Shown here: positions 46,232 through 57,451 of the stretch, one piece after another | Layout of the letters: each line of letters begins with the position of its first letter | Numbering within the stretch: position 1 is the stretch's first letter | Virus record (IMG/VR): IMGVR_UViG_3300025015_000010 | Location: 1 to 64,000 of that record | Source of the DNA: a virus | Direction: 5' to 3' (one strand) | DNA: 64,000 bases | Notes under the pieces: generated by a model | What the model saw: only the letters and a program-made list of their open reading frames with translations | Databases searched by the model: none | Told to the model about the DNA's origin: nothing | Made by a program: the position numbers and the translations under genes

Positions 46232-46926
46232 GCGACGAAACGACATTACGGGGCATGACTTCTTTATCATTTTTTTGCTACTTATTAGATGACGAGAGCG
46301 TACCACAGAAGATTAAGAATTTAGCCCGAGTATCTAGAATGTTACTGACTGTTATACCCAATCCAGAAGATATGACCGATGAGTTACAAGATTTCAAACA
46401 AGAAGCAGACGAATGCTATCAAATTTCTATAGACATTCTCGCGGACGTGATCCGAAAAGAATCACCCAAAGTTTGGGTTACGTTTCTTGACCGGATTCCA
46501 TCCGAGATTCAAGATGGCATAGCATTAGAGGGCAAGCCGTGATACAGACAGATGTAAAGATTGTGAAGGCAGTGTGTGATTCGTGTCACAAGACGCTTGT
46601 AGATAAGAAGTCGATACCGGGCGCGACGTTGCTGCATTACGCCGAATTGATACCTAGATTTGGTTATGGACACGAGCTAGATAATATCAACGATGGCGAG
46701 TACCATGTCTGTGGTAAGTGTTGGCAGCGAGTGCTGAAGTTGTTGGGATTATCGCGTGGCACATAGATTTGATGGTCGATGGAAGTGGTGTCCAGCGTGT
46801 AAAATACCTAGGATCAAATGTCTAGACCCAGACTGTTTTGGCCCGTCTTGTAATGGCGGCGGGTTCTCAACAGTAAATTAGAATCTACCCTTGAAACCCC
46901 CATCAATACAGTGGTAGACTTAATAT

Positions 46927-47499
46927 ATGAAGCTGAATGATTGGGCAAAGCTGCAAGGGATCACTTATAAAACAGCACATCGCTGGTTTCAAGCAGGTAT
47001 TATTCCTGATCCTGTAAGACAACTTCCAACAGGAACGATTCTGGTCGATGTCGAAAACATTACGAAAGTAGAAAATAGGACCGCGCTTTACGCCCGAGTT
47101 TCATCTTCTGGCCAGAAGGTTGATTTAGACCGACAAACATCAAGACTTATGAGTTTTGCACTCGAAAACAAACTGACCATTGTTGATTCTGTACAGGAAA
47201 TCGGCAGTGGTCTTAACGGACATCGCAAAAAGTTACTGAAGTTGCTGGCCGATAAAAGCATAAATACCATTGTTATAGAGCATCGAGAACGTCTTGCACG
47301 ATTTGGATTTGATTACATCGAAGCAGCCTTGGCCGCGACTGGGCGTAAGCTTGTAGTGATAGACAGCACTGAGATGAAAGACGATTTAGTTCAGGACATG
47401 ATTGATGTTTTGACATCATTTTGTGCAAGACTTTACGGACGCAGGTCCGCAAAGAACAAGGCAAAGAAAGCCATAGAAAGCATTCATGAGCAAGGATAG
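46927..47499 (+). CDS. tnpA: IS607 serine transposase
   Basis: MerR-type HTH, YARVSS..QK.DL.RQ, EH.ERLARFG, SFCARLYGRRS. Confidence 0.95.
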   Translation: MKLNDWAKLQGITYKTAHRWFQAGIIPDPVRQLPTGTILVDVENITKVENRTALYARVSSSGQKVDLDRQTSRLMSFALENKLTIVDSVQEIGSGLNGHRKKLLKLLADKSINTIVIEHRERLARFGFDYIEAALAATGRKLVVIDSTEMKDDLVQDMIDVLTSFCARLYGRRSAKNKAKKAIESIHEQG

Positions 47500-48952
47500 C
47501 ATTTCCACATTTCAGACTAGGATCGATTCATACCCAGCTTTACAGGCTTATGCAGACCGTCATAATCTGGTCGAGCACAAGTTGTACGCCCAGATATTAG
47601 CCGGTAAAAAGCCGAACAAACTTAAGCAAGCGTTCCTAGTTAAGTATGGCATTACGGCGCGACAATTCAATGCTATTGAGCGAAATCTACGCGGTAAAAT
47701 TAGCAGTGTTCAAGAACTTCGCAAGGACCATAAAAAGGAAACAAACTACAGGATCAAGGATTGTGAGCGCAAGATAGAATTTGTCAAGGACAATCTCAAA
47801 CAGCACAATTTGAAGCGCAGATTGCATGGCCTAAAAACCAGGTTGGCCAGGCTCGAACAGATGCCAAAATCCTTGTGTTTCGGGTCCAGGAAGTTGTTCA
47901 ACTCACAATTCGGTCCAGAAATAGATCATGATGTTTGGTCCAGTGATTGGAAACAGTCCCGTTCGAGTCAGTTCTATGTTCTCGGTTCTCACGAAGAAAC
48001 ATCAGGGTGCCAAGGATGTGTCGCTACTGTGCAGGACGACGGCAGCTTAACGCTACGTTTGCGCCTTCCAGATGCACTGATGGCCATCCATGGTAAGTAT
48101 ATTGAAATCCCCGGCGTGTACTTTAACCACGGCCATGAGCATGTACTACAGGCCCTGGCTTTGGGTAATACACCAACCAACTACAGGTTTAAGCTAGATG
48201 GCATTGGCTGGAGAGTCTTCGTTTCAGTTCACGTCATCGAAGCCAAAATTGTTACCAGGGACAGCCTGGGCAGAGTCGGTTTTGACCTTAATGAAGATCA
48301 CATCGCAGTTACCGAGACCGACCGTTTTGGAAATATAATCAACACGTTCAATGAGCCTGTAATAACCACAGACTTGACCACGCACCAGACATTGGCAGTC
48401 TTAGGCAATGCAGTTAAGAATATCGTAGCTTACGCCAAGAACGTTCAAAAGCCTATTGTTATTGAGAAGTTAGATTTCCAAAAGAAACGTGCTGAACTTC
48501 GTGGCCGAGGCCAAACTGCGAAGAATCTTAGTTCATTCGCGTACAGTAAATTCAGATCCATAGTCGTATCGCGTTGTCAGCGAGAAGGCATTAAGGTTTA
48601 CAACGTGAATCCGGCCTACACATCGATTATCGGTAGAAATAAGTTCGCGCTTCGGTACGGACTCACAGTACACAATGCAGCGGCGCTAACTATAGCACGT
48701 AGATCCATGGGCCTAAGTGAGAACCCAAATAAAAAGTGCTACCAAGGCACCTCTTTCCTACCTGTAAGGAATCGGACAGAGCATGTGTGGCGGTACTGGG
48801 CAAAACTCGCAAAGGCTCAAGCTAGGGATTGGGCCACAAGATCCTCGAAACCTGACGCAAATCACGTTTCGTGTGATAGCAGGAAACCTGCTCTCGGTCC
48901 TATTAGCGATTCGTTACCAGTATACTGTTCGGGTAACGTCACTCATTCGTGA
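47486..48952 (+). CDS. tnpB: TnpB-related RNA-guided nuclease
   Basis: RuvC-I GFDLN, RuvC-II VIEKL, VNPAYTS, RuvC-III HNAAALTIARR. Confidence 0.9.
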   Translation: MSKDSISTFQTRIDSYPALQAYADRHNLVEHKLYAQILAGKKPNKLKQAFLVKYGITARQFNAIERNLRGKISSVQELRKDHKKETNYRIKDCERKIEFVKDNLKQHNLKRRLHGLKTRLARLEQMPKSLCFGSRKLFNSQFGPEIDHDVWSSDWKQSRSSQFYVLGSHEETSGCQGCVATVQDDGSLTLRLRLPDALMAIHGKYIEIPGVYFNHGHEHVLQALALGNTPTNYRFKLDGIGWRVFVSVHVIEAKIVTRDSLGRVGFDLNEDHIAVTETDRFGNIINTFNEPVITTDLTTHQTLAVLGNAVKNIVAYAKNVQKPIVIEKLDFQKKRAELRGRGQTAKNLSSFAYSKFRSIVVSRCQREGIKVYNVNPAYTSIIGRNKFALRYGLTVHNAAALTIARRSMGLSENPNKKCYQGTSFLPVRNRTEHVWRYWAKLAKAQARDWATRSSKPDANHVSCDSRKPALGPISDSLPVYCSGNVTHS

Positions 48953-50158
48953 TTGTCATAAATGGGTATGAGAAATTGAACGGTGTTCAAAATGTTCGGA
49001 CGATTTCGATGAGGCTATCGATATGATCAATAATGGTACGGCCCCAACCCATGCTGATTTTCCAAATGCAGACGCCGATGAGATTGAGTACAATAATGAT
49101 CCATTAGGACTTGGTTCGTTGAGTAAAGGAACATCTTGATGGCTGAGTGGACCCGAGAACGCCACGATAAGTGCAAGCAGGCTATTGCCAAGGCCACGCC
49201 AGGCCCGTGGTTTGGTAATAGTTATGGCGAGATGTTTTCAGCTAAAGACTGCACTTGCTGGCCAGGTGACCCAGAGGGTGGAGGACATTTTAAGGAAGGC
49301 TGTCCGTACTATGATTCAGAAGAAGCTAGATTTCCAATAGTGCCCATTTGGGGACACGAAAGTTCGATGGATATGGTGTTTGTCGAGGTGGCTAGGAATC
49401 ATCTGCCCGATGCCTTAGCCGAGATCGAGCGCTTGTGCATTAGGTGCGATGATTTAAAGCATGAGTTAATCGCGGCTGGACGGTGTAAGTAATGTCGTTC
49501 AGCATGTTTCTTCCAAACTATCCAAATAGTGGCTTAGCCGCTGATATGAGTGAGTTGTTCGAAGTTTGGCCAAAGGTACATAGATTGTCTATGGAACAAC
49601 AGGCTGTATACGCTGATGCAGTATTTCGTTGCCATATCGACAATAATGAGTTTTTGTTTCTAAGCCTAGTGCGCTGCGGATCGCCAGCAACAACGACCGC
49701 TGTTGGTAATCTGGCATTCGTGATTTTGTATGTCAAGGACGAGGCAATTAAAGAAAAAGCCAGAGAAATTCTAGGTAATTTTGTTCAGCAAAGAAACCTT
49801 TTAGATGAGAAGCGAGGTAGAAAGTGAGCAAGTCTAAGTGTACAGGCGCTTGCTGTAAACATGTTGCCGGTAAATTAGCCCTCCAAGTGTCTGATTCGAG
49901 ATACGAGCGCTTAACAAAGCGTGTAGACGAAAGTAAGAAGCTGGCAGATTTGTACCGCGAGCTAGGAATAATTCATGGACAATATGCAGAAGATGTGGGA
50001 CAGTTGTTGTTCGAAGTTAGCATAGCCTCGATGAGTGGCAGTTTAGCCTCTGAGATAGGGAATGCTTGTGTACTGCCACAAGAATTGTCAGAGATGAGTA
50101 ATTCTAAACCAAATGGTAGGCTAAAAAGTGCTATAAAAAAGCACGGACGTAATTTTGC

Positions 50159-50187
50159 TTGATTATCTGCAATAAGTATGGTACACT
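50159..50187 (+). promoter_or_regulatory. sigma70-type promoter of the apyc1-sigma operon
   Basis: TTGATT-17-TACACT with TG extension. Confidence 0.65.
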
Positions 50188-50214
50188 AGACAGAAATCTA
50201 TCAAAGGAAATCCT

Positions 50215-51096
50215 ATGACGTTGCCACAGAAGGTGTATTTGCAGGCCGATCAGAAGTTATCCTTGACAAATGATGGCCAGCTAGAAGTCTTTTTTCTTGG
50301 TGTAGGCTCTGCATTTGCCAAGACACTTAATCAGTTAAATTTCTTGCTGATCAAAGGGAATCAGCATGTGCTGATCGATTTTGGCATGACGGGTCCACGT
50401 GCGCTTCAGGAAACCGCCAGACTTGATCCTACGGATATTGAGTACCTTTTGCCAACGCATCTCCATGCCGATCATGTAGGCGGTATCGAGGCACATGCTT
50501 TGCTTAGTAGATATGTAGGTATTCCGTTTAAGAAGAAGCCAAAGCCGAAGGCCATCCTATCTAGGGAACTGGAAATTCAGTTGTGGGATGATACCCTTCG
50601 CGGTGGGATGCAGTACAATGAGAATATTGCAGAAGTAAAGTCTGGCCGTAGGTCACTTACTTTTGGCGATTACTACGATGTGATTCGTCCGCGATGGAAG
50701 CAAAATCAGCCACGCGAAATGTTAGAAATTAACTTAGGCGGCATTCAAATCGAGTTATTCCGCACTAAGCACATTCCAGACGGCGTCGGTTCATGGGAAG
50801 ATTCGTTTACCAGCTTCGGATTGTTTGTAGACAATCATGTATTTATTTCGGTGGATACCAGATTTGATTTAGAACTTATCAATCAGTACAAAGACCGTGC
50901 AGATGTTTGGTTTCACGATTGCCAGTTATTTGAGCCCGAGTCAGTGCATGCAACTTTAGGTTCACTACGGACACTTCCGGCCGAGGTCAAGCGAAATATG
51001 TACTTGATGCATTATGGCGATAACTATAAGACAGTTGATGTTGGCGAATTCGCAGGCTTTGCAGAGCAAGGTGTGATCTACCGTTTCGCAAATTAG
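50215..51096 (+). CDS. apyc1: MBL-fold cyclic-nucleotide phosphodiesterase, Apyc1 (anti-Pycsar)-like
   Basis: G.GSAF.K, THLHADHVGG, LW..TL.GG, DTRFD, FHDCQ, VHA.L, LMHYGDN. Confidence 0.8.
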   Translation: MTLPQKVYLQADQKLSLTNDGQLEVFFLGVGSAFAKTLNQLNFLLIKGNQHVLIDFGMTGPRALQETARLDPTDIEYLLPTHLHADHVGGIEAHALLSRYVGIPFKKKPKPKAILSRELEIQLWDDTLRGGMQYNENIAEVKSGRRSLTFGDYYDVIRPRWKQNQPREMLEINLGGIQIELFRTKHIPDGVGSWEDSFTSFGLFVDNHVFISVDTRFDLELINQYKDRADVWFHDCQLFEPESVHATLGSLRTLPAEVKRNMYLMHYGDNYKTVDVGEFAGFAEQGVIYRFAN

Positions 51097-51108
51097 CGAG
51101 GAGCGCAT

Positions 51109-51864
51109 TTGCCATTTGAGGAATACTTAGACGAAATAAAGCAATACCCGCTTCTTACAAGACAACAAGAGAAAGAGTTAGGAACATTAGCATTAGCTGG
51201 AGATAAAAGAGCACAAGGCAGATTAGCCAATGCTAATCTTCGTCTTGTTGTGTCAATAGCCAAAAAATACACAACAAGTGGGGTATTGATTGAAGATATT
51301 GTGCAAGAAGGTAATATTGGTCTTCTTAGGGCTGTAGAAAAGTTTGATCCAAATTTTGGTGTTCGTTTTTCAACCTATGCAACTTACTGGATCAAACAGG
51401 CTATTCAGCGTGCAGTACGCGGTAAAATGGGTGTCATCAAAGTACCTACCAATATAGCTGAATTGGCAACTAAAGGGCAAGTGAGTGACATTGCCGATTT
51501 TGCACGCCGTGCTATGACGCCATCGACGTCTATCGACGAAGAAGATACCAAACTGACAGACATAATGATAGGTAGTGATCCTAATCCACAGGATGTTACG
51601 GATGTGGTGATCACCAGAGAGTATCTCCGTGATGTTTTAGATCGACTACCTAAGCGCACAGCGGATGTTTTGCGACGCAGATTTGGCCTACATGGTAAAC
51701 GCGGTAAATGCGCTACTCTGTCAACACTGTCTAAGCTGTTGAAGATATCGAAAGAGCGCGTCCGCCAAATCGAAGATGAGGGACTAGTTATGTTACGCGA
51801 GTTAATGACAGGGAAGCAGGAAATGTGTGACTTAGATCAAAGAGACAGAGAAAAGTTTTGGTAG
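51109..51864 (+). CDS. sigma70-family RNA polymerase sigma factor (RpoD/RpoS-like, no region 1.1)
   Basis: [50 protein letters not shown]. Confidence 0.95.
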   Translation: MPFEEYLDEIKQYPLLTRQQEKELGTLALAGDKRAQGRLANANLRLVVSIAKKYTTSGVLIEDIVQEGNIGLLRAVEKFDPNFGVRFSTYATYWIKQAIQRAVRGKMGVIKVPTNIAELATKGQVSDIADFARRAMTPSTSIDEEDTKLTDIMIGSDPNPQDVTDVVITREYLRDVLDRLPKRTADVLRRRFGLHGKRGKCATLSTLSKLLKISKERVRQIEDEGLVMLRELMTGKQEMCDLDQRDREKFW

Positions 51865-52428
51865 CTATTTTTCTTTCCAGCAATTATAGCATCTAGGTTC
51901 GTACTGATCAAATCCTACCTCGACACGGTTACCGCCCGCCTGCTTCCAGGTAAACCGCGCAGGCTTGTTGCAGAGCGCGCATCGAGCTTCAAGGCTCAAA
52001 ACTAAGTTTGCTATGGATGCAATGTCCGCAGTAGTTTCAAACGGTTTTCCTAAGTAGTCTAAATTTAATCCACCGAGCAATGTAGGTCGGTGGATAGATT
52101 GTCGTTGCCATAAAGCGTTTAGAAGATTTTGCGACGGCTTGAAGAACTGTAATTCGTCTACTACAGCCAATCCGGAGATGCTAAGCAGTTTTTCAACCAA
52201 GTCCTCAGTATTTTTAGACAGCACCGATTCCCAAGTATCCCCATTGCGACTTTCCCAGGCATTAGTTCTACTGGCGTCAAAAGCATGCCGTATAGCTGCT
52301 GGCTTAGTTCCCCATGTATTGGCTAGCATTTTCACTGCCTTGATGAGAGTGCTAGTTTTTCCAGACGCCATACAGCCGGTGACTAATACAATTTTGTTAG
52401 CACAAAGCGCTTCAGTGATATCTGGCAC
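51865..52428 (-). CDS. tdk: Thymidine kinase
   Basis: GCMASGKTS, VDELQF, GL..D..G.PF, C..C and YEPRC..C. Confidence 0.9.
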   Translation of the reverse strand: MPDITEALCANKIVLVTGCMASGKTSTLIKAVKMLANTWGTKPAAIRHAFDASRTNAWESRNGDTWESVLSKNTEDLVEKLLSISGLAVVDELQFFKPSQNLLNALWQRQSIHRPTLLGGLNLDYLGKPFETTADIASIANLVLSLEARCALCNKPARFTWKQAGGNRVEVGFDQYEPRCYNCWKEK

Positions 52429-52712
52429 TAGCCACGCCCCCGTGCTTGTCTAGCTGGATCTCGCAAAGCTTTTTCACCCAAGAATCCAAAGCATGGAGCG
52501 TGTGCTGACATGCACAAAATGCAAAGCAGTTTACCACATTCTAAGCATACGCCACACTTGTTGTTAGGTAAAAACTGGTTTACTTTGAAATCTCGATGGC
52601 ATCGATAACAGCATACTTCTTCTTTGTTATTATGTAAGTCTTGCACTATCTGGTTTATTTTATTGGGGTTGTTTTCGCACAGAGTTCTTGTAAATTCTAC
52701 GATTCGAGCCAC
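52428..52712 (-). CDS. Cys-rich zinc-finger protein
   Basis: CYRC, CLECG, CILC..AH. Confidence 0.55.
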   Translation of the reverse strand: MARIVEFTRTLCENNPNKINQIVQDLHNNKEEVCCYRCHRDFKVNQFLPNNKCGVCLECGKLLCILCMSAHAPCFGFLGEKALRDPARQARGRG

Positions 52713-52714
52713 TA

Positions 52715-53506
52715 TTAATACTCCTTAACAATTTCTAGCTTTTGGGGTAGTGCCTTCCACTTGATAGCTATCTTGATACCCTCGTCGCCTGATAGTGGGG
52801 CAGAAAAATAGGGGAGTTGTCGGCCACATGTTCCAGTTACCTTGTTTGTGAATACAGGTGCAGCGTTGTTCTTTAACATAGTAGCCAATGAATCAAGTAC
52901 AAAGAACCCAGGTAGATCACTGTTGAATGATTCTACCGTTTGGTGGGTAGCTAAAAATAATGGTGGTACAGGACACTGTTTAAATTGTTTAGTTAATTCA
53001 CCTACAGGTTCGATGTTTTCAAACAGATTATCTGCTGGATTTCCATACTGTACATTAAGTCTTTCGTGGAGTATTTTTCCATAAGCCACAGGCGAGTTTT
53101 TGATTGCGTCTAGCAAGTCTTTTAGTGTCGAGTCTAGTAGCTTGATTCCTGGCCATACGATTAAGTAGAAATCCGAAGGATATTTGATGGCTGCATACTG
53201 TAATGCTCGCACCTCGGATGGCTGTCCGTAAGACATCATTTTTATATTACAGTAACGATTATCGCTGCGTACGAAAGTAACGCCCGCCGTTTTTAGATCC
53301 TTAGACCGTCCTTTACTTGGAGTACCCGACAAAATAAATGACTTTGTTAGTAGCGGGTTCCAGCAATCAACTACAACAGTGTTTAAATCTATGCCTGTAG
53401 AGTCAGTTGAGGCTACGGACATCGCCGTGTCCCGCAGGTAGTCACGTAATTGGTTTTTTCGCCAGGAGCGTGGGGAGACTGGTATGAGGATGGTAACTTT
53501 AGGCAT
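52715..53506 (-). CDS. Divergent GT2-fold protein
   Basis: PKVTILIP, YL.DT..SV, VVVD; DxD absent. Confidence 0.45.
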   Translation of the reverse strand: MPKVTILIPVSPRSWRKNQLRDYLRDTAMSVASTDSTGIDLNTVVVDCWNPLLTKSFILSGTPSKGRSKDLKTAGVTFVRSDNRYCNIKMMSYGQPSEVRALQYAAIKYPSDFYLIVWPGIKLLDSTLKDLLDAIKNSPVAYGKILHERLNVQYGNPADNLFENIEPVGELTKQFKQCPVPPLFLATHQTVESFNSDLPGFFVLDSLATMLKNNAAPVFTNKVTGTCGRQLPYFSAPLSGDEGIKIAIKWKALPQKLEIVKEY

Positions 53507-54381
53507 TAGTGGATTTCACCGTTTCACTTTTAGCTTTGGGCGGATGCTCTACACGGTCCAAAGCCTTTACCAGGTCTTTTGTGTTGGCAGAGAATTTCCA
53601 CAGCAAAAATATACCTAGCTGGCGCCTTTTTACTTTAGTGGTTAGCCCAGCAGGAGACTCTAAAAATCGCTCAAAATCGTCTTGCCAGCCCTGGTCTTGC
53701 ACTACGGATACTAGTGTGTCTTCAGTAGCAATGCTCAGCCTGTAGGTTTCTCCAGCAGTTTGTAGCGTTTGAAACAGCAAAGGAACATAGTCACCACCCT
53801 TCGCTTTGTCGATCACTTTTTGCCACGGTCCCATACTCAAGTTGTAGGCCCTCCATATCGCATGTTTTTAGCCAAGCTTCGCATAAGCTTGAGCACCCAG
53901 CTTTCTTTGTTTGCTACCATTTTGTTTGCTATAAGATACGGATAGATCGTGTCCGCCAATTCAGCCGGATTCATATCATCTCGATATTCTTGAAGTATTT
54001 CTTTGAGCGGATCGCCAGTGATACCAGCGCGAATGAGCATACCTGCGAACCGCAGTTTTTTGGACAGATCCTCGACATCGGGGTCATACTCCCAGCTCAT
54101 TTGTCTTCATATTCGTTAGGATCGTCATCGGGTTCATCACGTAGTCCAGCATTGAAATCCCTTAGAATGTCCTGTTGTGCAATTACTAGGAGTCCTAAAG
54201 TTGTAATAAGATCAGGTGAATAGTAGGTGAAAAAACCCTCTTCAAAAGATTCTTCATTGTTGACCATCTCATGCGATCCTATGATTGCAATGTGATCGAA
54301 TCTAGCGCCTATTTCACGGGCAAGATCAGCAGTTGAGACCCAAGCTAAATCTGTTGGACCTTTGGATATTTCATCAGGCAT
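53499..54381 (-). CDS. Three coupled hypothetical ORFs (53499-53840, 53837-54100, 54097-54381)
   Basis: Overlapping start/stop codons; minus-strand promoter gtggTAGACT at 54410-54420. Confidence 0.55.
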
Positions 54382-54521
54382 GATAGGTTCCTTAAAGACT
54401 AGATATTGAAGTCTACCACTTCTTGAAAATTGTGTCCTTTTTATTGCTACAATGCAGGTATGGCAGGCTAGTTATGCCTAGCTAGCAGGATTGATGCGAC
54501 CGAGATACTGTAGACTGGAGT

Positions 54522-54950
54522 ATGATCAAACAGCTAGTTAATGGGGTTGATGTCAATAAAGAGTACCAGCAATTTCGTAATTTAAGTGTGTTCGATCAGT
54601 ATAATTTACCTGAAGCTGTCAATATTACAATTAACGAACATAAGCACACTCGTTGGGTATCTGGTTCACAGCAAGGCTCGAATATAGCATTGATCGTACA
54701 TAAAAAGTCAAAGCCAGAGGCAATTCGAGAAGTGTTGCTTCACGAGGTATGCCACCTGGCTTTGGACGTTGGCGGTAAAGAAGGTCATCAGTTGCACGAC
54801 ATTATTTTTCAGGATTTATTGTTACAATCAGCCTTTGAAGCTTTTGGAGTTAGGATTAAAGTCCCAAAAGGAGAAGGCTGGAAGTGCATAGCTTACGCAA
54901 TGGATGAGAAGATAGTTCGGTCGATGTATGCCAAGAAGCGCTACACTTGA
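54522..54950 (+). CDS. Zincin-like metalloprotease (SprT-like)
   Basis: LLHEVCH...H...F. Confidence 0.65.
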   Translation: MIKQLVNGVDVNKEYQQFRNLSVFDQYNLPEAVNITINEHKHTRWVSGSQQGSNIALIVHKKSKPEAIREVLLHEVCHLALDVGGKEGHQLHDIIFQDLLLQSAFEAFGVRIKVPKGEGWKCIAYAMDEKIVRSMYAKKRYT

Positions 54951-56035
54951 ACGAATTTGACCGACAGTAGATCGGTTTTCCAAGCGTCCATGGATCGCGT
55001 CTGTTCGAATACCGTATACCCGAAAACAGGTGGCCTGAAGCATATTTGTCCATAGTCGTGGGCATACTGTAGAGATTTGATATCACCACCAAATCCACCC
55101 TCTGTCAGTATCTGATGTCCACCGTGGCCGTAAGAAATGCCCGCGCCATGAACGTGTGCCTGGATAATTAGTCTAGGCAGTATAAAGCCAAGCTGTTGGT
55201 GCCAAGTGTTGGCCCAGTCCGCTAAGGCGGCTACTGAGCGCGTATCGTGTTTTCTAGCCACTTCGGCGTGTCCGATTAAAGCATCTCCGACATGGGCAAC
55301 GAATACGTTATGGAATGCCTGTGGCATAATCACGCCAGATGGTCTGGAGTAGTCGTATACGTTTCTCACGAGAGTTACATTGGGTATACCGGCAGAAGCT
55401 AATTCAAGTAGATTGTACTTACATAACGGTAAAAATTGCGGATCGACGTGCGTCGAAAAGTATTTCTTGGCCCGTTCATCGTGATTGCCGGTGGTCAGTA
55501 GCTGTTCATCACAGTGCGCGCGCATAGATTCAAGCATCGCACGTACAGAGGCGATCTCATCAGCAACATTTACAACGTGATCTTTTGGATGGCGAGAAAA
55601 AGCAAAGCTGTCGAAGATATCGCCGTCGTAGACAATGGTGTTTGGATGTTCTTTAGCGACTTCAATCAGCACACGTTCATCAGGCCGACCGTGGATATCA
55701 CAGACTACAACTACTTTGCGTCGATCTGTCTTTTTGACCTGTTTTTCTTTGAGTTTTGGCCGATCAGGGTTGCGGCCGATGAGCGTGTTATACAGTTCCA
55801 TGTATTGTTCAAATTCGCCAAGATCCATGACGATAGGCTCAGGTACTCGTTCAGGCAAACCTTTTTTGTCCCGCCATTTTCTTAATGATCGCCCCAACCC
55901 TTGGTAGTTTTCAATCCCAAGTTCAGATGCCAAATCAGCACTGTGTTCGCCATTAGTATACCGTTCAAGTAATGTATCTCGTTCTGCGGAGGATAGACTG
56001 CCCCAAGATTTTCTTCGTGTAGTCTGTCTACTCAT
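54941..56035 (-). CDS. Calcineurin-like metallophosphoesterase with N-terminal HTH
   Basis: CDIH, GDIFD, GNHD, GH, AHVH. Confidence 0.85.
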   Translation of the reverse strand: MSRQTTRRKSWGSLSSAERDTLLERYTNGEHSADLASELGIENYQGLGRSLRKWRDKKGLPERVPEPIVMDLGEFEQYMELYNTLIGRNPDRPKLKEKQVKKTDRRKVVVVCDIHGRPDERVLIEVAKEHPNTIVYDGDIFDSFAFSRHPKDHVVNVADEIASVRAMLESMRAHCDEQLLTTGNHDERAKKYFSTHVDPQFLPLCKYNLLELASAGIPNVTLVRNVYDYSRPSGVIMPQAFHNVFVAHVGDALIGHAEVARKHDTRSVAALADWANTWHQQLGFILPRLIIQAHVHGAGISYGHGGHQILTEGGFGGDIKSLQYAHDYGQICFRPPVFGYTVFEQTRSMDAWKTDLLSVKFVQV

Positions 56036-56151
56036 CAGTTTGCCTCACAATGAAATTGAGCGCCTCAGGCGCGATAAGAATGAACTTCTAACTGTAGTCT
56101 AGCACATTTTCTTGGGTTGTGTCTTGTGCTGCCTCTATTTTGTCTAGGCTA

Positions 56152-56216
56152 TTGACTTTGTTCCGAACACGTGATACACTAATTTTCTGACAGGCAAAAA
56201 TAAAAAGTGGTAGACT
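56152..56216 (+). promoter_or_regulatory. Tandem promoters upstream of 56251
   Basis: TTGACT-17-TACACT and CTGACA-18-TAGACT (TG-extended). Confidence 0.55.
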
Positions 56217-56250
56217 TAAAGTAGAAAGGTAAGCAGTTATTAGGTAAGTT

Positions 56251-56778
56251 ATGAGAACATTAACAGGACAACAAACACTTGAACAGGCTGAAGCACTTAG
56301 ACTTGCGGATACGATAGTTCGTAGAGCGGCCGAAAAGGTGTCTGAAAACGAACCATGGAATAGGGTTCGTAATGCTTTTTTGTATGTGGCTTCTCAGCGC
56401 GAAGATTATGCAGTAAAGACGTTAGCCAAGGCTTTTTCGTTATCCACAAAAAATATACGAAAAATTCTCAAAGACATGCAAAGAGCCGTAGGCATCATAG
56501 TAAAAAATATGGAGCGCGGCGAGAGCCCAGAGCCGGGTTGGAACATCGCTGCGGATAGTCCATTTGCTTGGTTGAGTACTTTTTCAGTGGACGACTTACT
56601 GGTTTTGGCTAAGCAGTATAAACTCGAACCAATGGCCAGTAATTGTGTAGGATGCAAGTTTAAACAGATATTGGATGTATCTAGTCTAGGCGGTTCGGAA
56701 AATCATCCAGGATGTTTCTTGCACAAGACGCTGTTTCATGGTATAGTAGATAAGGAATGTGAGGATCGAAATGGCTAA
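56251..56778 (+). CDS. Hypothetical protein (HTH-like plus Cys cluster)
   Basis: Downstream of promoters; CVGC...C...C. Confidence 0.55.
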   Translation: MRTLTGQQTLEQAEALRLADTIVRRAAEKVSENEPWNRVRNAFLYVASQREDYAVKTLAKAFSLSTKNIRKILKDMQRAVGIIVKNMERGESPEPGWNIAADSPFAWLSTFSVDDLLVLAKQYKLEPMASNCVGCKFKQILDVSSLGGSENHPGCFLHKTLFHGIVDKECEDRNG

Positions 56779-57374
56779 TCTTGTTTTTGTGTCGAGATCT
56801 TATGCGGTGCGCGGGGTATGGCCACCAGCATCACGCGTCACAATTGTTTTAGACGGTTCGATGGAACAAATTGAGGACTATGCGTTAATGCATAATTTGG
56901 CCTGGGTAGTTTCGGCTTCAATTGAAGAATCAGATTTAAAAGACCGTGTTGTGTACAGTGGCTATTGGACTGATTCTGTTGGCAACATGTTTGTTCCAGT
57001 GTAACTCGATGAAACTCCTAGACAATTCTTTCAAGTGTGATCGCTGTTCTCATGGACAGCAGTATATTAGCACAGAGCAGTGTGTTACTATTGGCGGGTC
57101 GTGGCTTGATTTATGTGATGCTTGCTCGGAAAAATTTAGACAAATTTGGTATGGTGACAGTAAGATGTTCGAGTCTGGTACTAAAATTAAACCCGCGCCG
57201 AAGTATCCAGATGTTAAATTAGGTGTAAAAATAAGTGGTGCCTTAACTACTATTTATGACGAGGACGTAGCAGAATTGACCGAATGGCTGCGTGCTGGAC
57301 GAACAATCCCGAAGACAACACATACCTACTAATCGCGTAACCTTTGCAATACGTGTGAGTACTGAGATCCAGCC

Positions 57375-57403
57375 TTGAAACTTTGTCTACAAGCCTGTAG
57401 ACT
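57375..57403 (+). promoter_or_regulatory. nrdJ promoter with an overlapping palindrome
   Basis: TTGAAA-17-TAGACT; gtctaca-agcc-tgtagac. Confidence 0.6.
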
Positions 57404-57451
57404 TAGAGTAATTCTACCTATTTTTTTAGTCCCAGTAAGCGAGGAAAATCC

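Larger units (their letters stand above)
46864..48983 (+). mobile_element. IS607-family element (tnpA serine recombinase plus tnpB)
   Basis: GG core dinucleotide at both junctions, no TSD or IR, and restoration of the interrupted ORF. Confidence 0.9.
46756..49139 (+). pseudogene. 87-aa Cys-rich zinc-finger gene split by IS607 (46756-46863 plus 48984-49139)
   Basis: WKWCPACKIPRIKC..DC..SCNGGG|CSKCSDDF.. rejoins in frame on IS removal. Confidence 0.8.

Noticed and set aside
46864-48983. IStron (self-splicing IS607)
   Set aside because: tnpA starts 63 nt from the left end, leaving no room for a group I intron
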